DNA of 64,000 bases from contig SXPJ01000003.1 in NCBI GenBank assembly GCA_005776395.1, positions 29,227 through 93,226 on the forward strand. Reading direction: 5' to 3'. The position numbers were made by a program, and so were the translations under genes. This DNA comes from Bdellovibrionales bacterium. GTDB taxonomy: Bacteria > Bdellovibrionota > FAC87 > UBA2466. The notes below the pieces were generated by a model. It was not told where the DNA came from, searched no databases, and worked only from the letters and a program-made list of their open reading frames with translations. Shown in pieces: positions 58,799 to 64,000 of this stretch. Each line of letters begins with the position of its first letter. The first letter of the stretch is position 1.

Positions 58799-60199
58799 TT
58801 AATACCTATAAGAATCTGCCTTATAAGGTCCGTTAACCGAAACCCCAATGTACTTAGATTGATCTTCTCTCAGCACAGTAAGTTCAGCATTTAGCTTTTT
58901 AAGTTGGAGCCTGGCCACCTTTTCATCCAAGTGTTTGGGCAGAGTATAAACCCCTAGTGGATATTTGGAGGTATGGCTGTAGAGTTCAATCTGCGCAATG
59001 GTTTGGTTAGCAAAAGAAGAAGACATTACATAACTAGGATGTCCTGTTCCGCAACCTAAGTTCACTAAGCGCCCCTTAGCTAGTAGAATGATTCTCTTCC
59101 CGTTGGGAAAGATCACGTGATCCACTTGAGGTTTGATCTCCTCCCATTTGTATTTTTCAAGAGAGGCTACATCAATCTCATTATCAAAATGGCCAATGTT
59201 ACAAACAATTGCTTGATCCTTCATTTTAGCCATGTGGTCATGAGTAATTACGTTGAAGTTCCCTGTGCAGGTCACAAAGATATCTGCTTTATCATCAGCA
59301 TAATCCATAGTCACAACTCGGTAGCCTTCCATTGCCGCTTGCAATGCACAGATAGGATCAACCTCTGTGACCCAAACTTGAGCAGAAAGAGCTCTTAAAG
59401 CTTGAGTTGATCCCTTTCCCACATCTCCATATCCACAAACAACAGCCACTTTGCCCGCTATCATCACATCTGTTGCACGCTTAATACCGTCGACAAGAGA
59501 TTCACGACATCCATAAAGATTATCAAACTTGGATTTAGTTACAGAGTCATTTACGTTAATTGCAGGAAATTTCAGTTCGCCTCGAGCATGCATTTGAATC
59601 AATCGATGAACACCAGTAGTAGTCTCTTCGGTAACCCCTTTAATATGTGAAAGACGAGTAGAATACCAAGTGCGATCTACTGCCAATTTATTTTTAATAG
59701 CCGCAAATAGAACGGTCTCCTCTTCTGACGTCGGCTTTGAAAGAACACTGATATCTTTTTCAGCCTTGGCTCCTAAGTGCAATAGAAGAGTCGCATCTCC
59801 GCCATCATCCAAAATCATGTTTGAATATCCACCTTCGGTCCATTCGAAAATACGGTGAGTGTAATCCCAGTACTCAGCCAAAGTTTCCCCTTTAACTGCA
59901 AAAACCGGAACTCCACTAGCAGCCACCGCTGCAGCTGCATGATCCTGAGTTGAAAAGATGTTACAAGATGCCCAACGAACTTTAGCTCCCAAAGCCGTCA
60001 ATGTTCGAATAAGAACCGCAGTCTGAATAGTCATGTGTAAAGAGCCTGTAATTCTAGCTCCTTTAAGAGGTTGAGAAACCGCAAACTCTTCTCGAATGGC
60101 CATAAGTCCTGGCATTTCGGTTTCAGCAATTTTTATCTCCCTATGGCCCCAATCTGCAAGACTCATATCGGCAACGACATAATCATTTACACTGTGCAT
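58799..60199 (-). CDS. ahcY: Adenosylhomocysteinase
   Basis: NAD-binding and substrate motifs of S-adenosyl-L-homocysteine hydrolase. The preferred start is the second ATG at 60199 ([18 protein letters not shown]), which is preceded by AGGAG. The track start at 60223 lacks an SD. Confidence 0.9.
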   Translation of the reverse strand: MHSVNDYVVADMSLADWGHREIKIAETEMPGLMAIREEFAVSQPLKGARITGSLHMTIQTAVLIRTLTALGAKVRWASCNIFSTQDHAAAAVAASGVPVFAVKGETLAEYWDYTHRIFEWTEGGYSNMILDDGGDATLLLHLGAKAEKDISVLSKPTSEEETVLFAAIKNKLAVDRTWYSTRLSHIKGVTEETTTGVHRLIQMHARGELKFPAINVNDSVTKSKFDNLYGCRESLVDGIKRATDVMIAGKVAVVCGYGDVGKGSTQALRALSAQVWVTEVDPICALQAAMEGYRVVTMDYADDKADIFVTCTGNFNVITHDHMAKMKDQAIVCNIGHFDNEIDVASLEKYKWEEIKPQVDHVIFPNGKRIILLAKGRLVNLGCGTGHPSYVMSSSFANQTIAQIELYSHTSKYPLGVYTLPKHLDEKVARLQLKKLNAELTVLREDQSKYIGVSVNGPYKADSYRY

Positions 60200-60297
60200 A
60201 TTCTTCTCCTGTTTCTTATTCATTTTTAAAATTTAAAATCGAGGAATCACGGAAGGTGAACACTCACCGACTCTCTTCGTCATTCTCACGATTAGTT

Positions 60298-60364
60298 CAG
60301 TAAGCGCCGTTTTTCAATTTTTAATCCAAGCCTAGGGCAGAAGATGCCTTGCAGCGCTCCTTGG
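60298..60364 (-). promoter_or_regulatory. SAH (S-adenosylhomocysteine) riboswitch in the ahcY 5' leader
   Basis: Minus-strand RNA reads CCAAGGAGCGCUGCAAGGCAUCUUCUGCCCUAGGCUUGG…AACGGCGCUUAC. The conserved blocks AGGAGCGCUGC and AACGGCGCU are both exact. The P1 stem CCAAG/CUUGG and the P2 hairpin are consistent with the family fold. Confidence 0.65.
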
Positions 60365-60449
60365 GATTACTTCTTAGACTAGATGAAATTCTTATGTTTT
60401 TCCATGGGTTTTTAAGAGAAACTAAAAGGCTAAGAAATCTAGGTGTTTT

Positions 60450-61061
60450 ATGGCTAGCAATAAAATCAGTATCTATTCTTACAGAAGATGTCCCTTTGCT
60501 ATAAGAGTGCGCATAGCTCTTCATGAGAAGGAAATTCCCTTTGAAACCAAAGAAGAGGACCTTAAAAATTTCTCTACTGAATTAAAGGCCTTACATCCGG
60601 AAGTTAAAGTGCCGCTCCTCGTTCACGGAAACAGAGTTATTTACGAATCAGCTATTATTACTGAATACATAGAAGATCTATTGCCAAATAAAAATTCACT
60701 CATGCCTAATGATGCTGGACTAAGGAGCGAAGTCAGACTTTGGACCTACTGGTGCAATCAGCAATTTAAACCCGCTCTCGACCCCTTTAAATATGGCACA
60801 AGCCGTTTTCCAGAAAATGAATGCCAAGGATCTCGAGAAAAAGTCATTAAATGTTTAATTAAAATCGAAGAACAACTACAAAAACAAACTTGGCTCGTTG
60901 GAAGCTCTTTTAGCTTAGCAGATATTAATGTTTTTCCATTTATTCGACAGCTTATTCGTATCCAACCTGCTCCAGAGTTTTTAAATTCCTTTCCCAGATT
61001 AATGAATTGGATTCAGACAATTTCTAATCGCCCCTCTGTAATCAAAGCTCTACAGAAATAA
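60450..61061 (+). CDS. Glutathione S-transferase family protein (thioredoxin-like N-domain with Cys, omega/Grx2-like)
   Basis: ISIYSYRRCPFAIRVRIAL is a GST_N with a Cys active site, and a C-terminal helical GST_C domain follows. Confidence 0.65.
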   Translation: MASNKISIYSYRRCPFAIRVRIALHEKEIPFETKEEDLKNFSTELKALHPEVKVPLLVHGNRVIYESAIITEYIEDLLPNKNSLMPNDAGLRSEVRLWTYWCNQQFKPALDPFKYGTSRFPENECQGSREKVIKCLIKIEEQLQKQTWLVGSSFSLADINVFPFIRQLIRIQPAPEFLNSFPRLMNWIQTISNRPSVIKALQK

Positions 61062-61094
61062 AAACGATTACTTACTTATAAACTGATTAGCAAG

Positions 61095-62282
61095 TTAGGA
61101 GAGTGGGGAGGTCGCTTCCTCAACCCCATAGTCCACTAAAAAAGCTGCCGAGTTTTTTAAATCCTCTCGTCGTTTATCGTACCTTTGAATCATTAGCGGA
61201 GTAGACCATCCCGCCAGATGCTGAACCGACCTTTGAGTTGCCTTTCGATCAAGCGCATTGGAGATACAGGTAGCTCGACAGGAGTGAGGCGAAATTTTTT
61301 TTAAGATGCCGGCCTTTTTAGCATAGTGAATAACCATATAGGTGATCGCATGCGGATGCATTTTCTTAACAAGTTCCCCTGAGACCGGATTCTTAGTGGG
61401 AGTAAACATAGGCTCTTCTGTTCTCATTTTATCTCGTCGACAGGCGAAAAAATAATGGTCCAAGGATTGCTTCATTTGGACTGTGAGAGGCAATATTCTA
61501 ATTCGATGCCCTTTCCCACGCACTTTTAATACCGTAACCCCCCTCTCCTCGGTTAAATCCCCCATTTTCAAATTCAAGAGCTCACTTTTTCTTAACCCCA
61601 GATAGAGAAGGACATGAAGGACTGCTGAATGCAAAGCCCCTGCCCTTGTGTTTCGCTTGGGTAAATTCAAAATTTTACGGGCCTCATCATCTGAGAGCCC
61701 TTTTAAAGAAGACTCTTGGCTTTGAGGAAATCCTTTCACAAGCTGCGCGGGATTATCTCTAATAATCTGATTAACCTTAAGCCAATTTAGAAAACTTTTA
61801 ACCACTGCCAATTTTCGATTTACAGTGCTCTTCTCCATGATTTTTCCATTAAGACGCCCCTCTTCTAGATACTTTCTAAAAAGAATGATGTGATCTGGCT
61901 TTAAAGATTCAATTTCCCTGGCATTAATTCGCCCCTCCAAAAACTGAAAAAACTGTTTCAGATCTGTTTCGTAAGATCTTCGCGTATGCTCACTTAACTG
62001 ATTGGCCAAAAAGGTAGGAATTTCTCTAGCCCATTCTGGTAACGAAACCCTATCTTTTTGATGTTGCGAATAGTCATCTGAAGAGACAGACCCAACAAGG
62101 CTCTTCAGGCTCACCTCATTATTTGCTTTATAAACGCTTGAAACATTCCGACCTAGGGTAAGGGCCCTATTTTTCTCTATATCTGAAGAGAGTTTAAACC
62201 ATTTCTTCTCAGAATGGTTTTTTAACCATCTAGAGGACCAAAGGGCTAATTTAAAGACAAGTTGTTCGACTAGATGCTTCAT
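61095..62282 (-). CDS. Tyrosine site-specific recombinase/integrase (phage-integrase family) with a roughly 100 aa N-terminal extension
   Basis: Core-binding-like segment HTRRSYETDLKQF. The catalytic residues are R (LGLRKSE), K (KGHRIRILPL), HxxR (HSCRAT) and the H/W…Y box (HLAGWSTPLMIQRYDK). It is 395 aa. Confidence 0.7.
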   Translation of the reverse strand: MKHLVEQLVFKLALWSSRWLKNHSEKKWFKLSSDIEKNRALTLGRNVSSVYKANNEVSLKSLVGSVSSDDYSQHQKDRVSLPEWAREIPTFLANQLSEHTRRSYETDLKQFFQFLEGRINAREIESLKPDHIILFRKYLEEGRLNGKIMEKSTVNRKLAVVKSFLNWLKVNQIIRDNPAQLVKGFPQSQESSLKGLSDDEARKILNLPKRNTRAGALHSAVLHVLLYLGLRKSELLNLKMGDLTEERGVTVLKVRGKGHRIRILPLTVQMKQSLDHYFFACRRDKMRTEEPMFTPTKNPVSGELVKKMHPHAITYMVIHYAKKAGILKKISPHSCRATCISNALDRKATQRSVQHLAGWSTPLMIQRYDKRREDLKNSAAFLVDYGVEEATSPLS

Positions 62283-62380
62283 TTATTTAGGCTTAAAATC
62301 AAAAGTAGAGTGTTTATTAGCATTTTTTATTAGTGATAACTAAAATTATAGCTAATAAATGGCATTTTGGAAGGTTTTAA

Positions 62381-62893
62381 ATGAATCATTTTTCAATGTT
62401 TATTTCTCGATTCTTGATTTTTTGGATTATCCTAGCGGGGCTGACGGGTTGTGTATCGGCTCCAAAAACAGATCTCTTTTACACTCGCGTTTATGAGGGA
62501 ACTTATGACGAGATTTGGCTCGCAGCATTAAAGGCGGTTAATGATTACCCTTTAAAAGTTAGCAATAAAGATTCCGGAAAAATTGCATCAGAGTTGGTTA
62601 ACGGCCCTTATAATGACCTTTTTTTAACTCCAGCCGAGTCTATCGATTTGCCGGAAAAATATAGATATTCGCTTAAATTCAATTTTGCAAAGTTGGAAGC
62701 GGAAGATGGACAGCCCTTAGTCAGGGTTCGATTAGAAAAAAATTTAGAACAGTTTCATGATTTTTATACAGGATGGTTGGGATTTCCATCAGATGGTTTG
62801 GAGGAGCGTCTTCTTTTATATCGAATCGAACATATCCTAAAGATGGAGACTCAGTTAGTTAAAGAATTAGAAAAAGGTTCATCTAGCAAATAG
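62381..62893 (+). CDS. Lipoprotein of unknown function
   Basis: Lipobox LAGLTGC, 170 aa. Confidence 0.5.
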   Translation: MNHFSMFISRFLIFWIILAGLTGCVSAPKTDLFYTRVYEGTYDEIWLAALKAVNDYPLKVSNKDSGKIASELVNGPYNDLFLTPAESIDLPEKYRYSLKFNFAKLEAEDGQPLVRVRLEKNLEQFHDFYTGWLGFPSDGLEERLLLYRIEHILKMETQLVKELEKGSSSK

Positions 62894-62913
62894 TTCAATC
62901 TTAAGACTGGTTA

Positions 62914-63693
62914 TTAGGCCTTTTTTCTTTGGAGTTCTTTTTTCTCGGCGGTTAAGGCCTCAATTTCATTGAGGAGCCCCTCCAATCCAGAGTCAGATAC
63001 TGGAGTTATGGGGGGCACATTAGCTATTTCTTCTATTTTTTCTAAAGTCCCCTCTAAATTTGCTGCAGATGCCTCAATTCCTTGAACATCAGTTTCTATC
63101 GGATCAACCGAAGATTGCTCTAATATCTCTTGCTTAGGGGCTGTTTTGTTTTCTAATTCTAACTTCGAAATCTGAGCCTCTAAATTTGAGACAGCCTCTT
63201 TTAGATTCTGGTTCTCTATCTTCACTTGAGAAATTAAAGCAATTTCATCCTTTATAACTTCATATTCCAAAAGCTTGTTCTCTAGCCCTTGAACCTTTTC
63301 CGTAGTTTCTTGATTCAGTATTTTTAACTCTTCTATTTTTTTCTTCTCTTTTTCAAGATTTTTATAGGAATCAGAACTCATAAACTCTATTTTCTCTAAT
63401 TCCAAAGCCGAAATTTTTGCTTCCAAATCTCTAATAAGAGCTAAGTGAACCTCATTGATCTCATTCAAAGACTCGACCGAAGAAAAATTTTCCTCAGCTT
63501 GCAAGCCAGCTTCCTCGATCACAGTGTTTTTAAGTCGTTTGAAATACAACCAAAGTGCTGTGAGGGATAAAGTAGAAACAATGAGAACCTCTGTTCCTAA
63601 GAGAGTAAAAAACAGGACACTATCTTGAAGAGCTGAAATTAAAACTTTCATCATCAAATTATACCTAACTTTCAAAATCCTCTCTAGAGACAC
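62914..63693 (-). CDS. Membrane-anchored coiled-coil protein
   Basis: One N-terminal TM helix, then heptad-rich Glu/Lys/Leu sequence with low complexity. Its start overlaps the arfB stop. Confidence 0.4.
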   Translation of the reverse strand: MSLERILKVRYNLMMKVLISALQDSVLFFTLLGTEVLIVSTLSLTALWLYFKRLKNTVIEEAGLQAEENFSSVESLNEINEVHLALIRDLEAKISALELEKIEFMSSDSYKNLEKEKKKIEELKILNQETTEKVQGLENKLLEYEVIKDEIALISQVKIENQNLKEAVSNLEAQISKLELENKTAPKQEILEQSSVDPIETDVQGIEASAANLEGTLEKIEEIANVPPITPVSDSGLEGLLNEIEALTAEKKELQRKKA

Positions 63694-64000
63694 GACGAGT
63701 TTCTTTTTTCTTTGAAGCTATTTTCTTAGACGCTAGGCGCCGTTTCTTAGCTGATCGAGTTACTTTTGTTTTTACCCTTGCTTTAGGTTTGTGAAATAAA
63801 TTCTCTAATTTATTACTTAACCTTTCGAGCGCTGCCGATCGATTTTGTTCCTGAGATCTTCTCTCTGTAGCTGTAACTACGATTCCAGTAGGAAGATGCT
63901 TAATCCTGACCCCACTCATTCGCTTATTGCGATTCTGTCCCCCAGGCCCACTTCCCTTCAAGTGGGTCACCTCTATATCTTCATCTTTAATCTCTATCAT
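63665..64000 (-). CDS. arfB: Alternative ribosome-rescue factor ArfB (peptidyl-tRNA hydrolase, YaeJ family). It may extend beyond the window edge
   Basis: GGQ motif in GSGPGGQNRNK and a basic C-terminal tail (KKRRLASKKIASKKKETRR). The ATG falls exactly at the window boundary. Confidence 0.7.
   Translation of the reverse strand: MIEIKDEDIEVTHLKGSGPGGQNRNKRMSGVRIKHLPTGIVVTATERRSQEQNRSAALERLSNKLENLFHKPKARVKTKVTRSAKKRRLASKKIASKKKETRRVSREDFES

Noticed and set aside
60321-60524. 67 aa minus-strand ORF upstream of ahcY
   Set aside because: It overlaps the SAH riboswitch and the divergent GST gene start, and the conserved riboswitch blocks explain the sequence better.
1-64000. CRISPR arrays, rRNA genes or intact prophage
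   Set aside because: No regularly spaced direct repeats with unique spacers, no rRNA-like sequence, and no phage structural genes were seen. The only mobile-element signatures are the decayed islet at tRNA-Met and the MITE-like element.

Overview
This 64 kb window is a chromosomal segment from a Gram-negative bacterium, about 40% GC and mostly housekeeping. The envelope-biosynthesis genes, lipoproteins, outer-membrane (OM) proteins and GC content suggest a Bdellovibrionota- or Oligoflexia-like organism, but this is a guess.

Recognisable housekeeping genes include:
- tsaE and the NAD(P)H-hydrate repair gene nnr.
- A c-di-AMP operon, cdaA-cdaR-glmM.
- ftsH, tilS, a suhB-like gene, argS and rpmB.
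- The riboflavin operon ribE-ribBA-ribH.
- ahcY, and arfB at the right edge.

Two core-LPS and glycosylation clusters are present:
- A GT9 heptosyltransferase, waaA, GT2 and GT4 glycosyltransferases and a methyltransferase, followed by an OM beta-barrel gene.
- A second GT4 gene followed by a polytopic membrane protein.

There is also a complete tryptophan-to-3-hydroxyanthranilate branch: kmo, kynU, an ACMSD gene and haaO.

The accessory content is more interesting:
1. An NfrB-like synthase-type glycosyltransferase (GT) 2 gene sits in a four-gene envelope operon next to wecB, which suggests an Nfr-type ManNAc exopolysaccharide secretion system with unusual partners.
2. An SAH riboswitch lies in the ahcY leader.
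3. A 180 bp terminal-inverted-repeat element occupies the rib-operon leader where an FMN riboswitch would be expected.
4. A secreted Cys/Asp/His repeat protein resembling a metallothionein, plus a Cys-rich partner, lie in an AT-rich islet.
5. A vWA-domain protein and a 777 aa mucin-like lipoprotein with EF-hand loops are flanked by PilZ and TPR genes.
6. A sigma-54 activator with no sensory domain occurs together with two sigma-54-type promoters.
7. A collagen-like lipoprotein is present.
8. A decayed islet at tRNA-Met carries a degenerate copy of the tRNA 3' end, a vapBC module, two pseudogenes and a tyrosine recombinase 5 kb away.

No CRISPR array or rRNA gene was seen.
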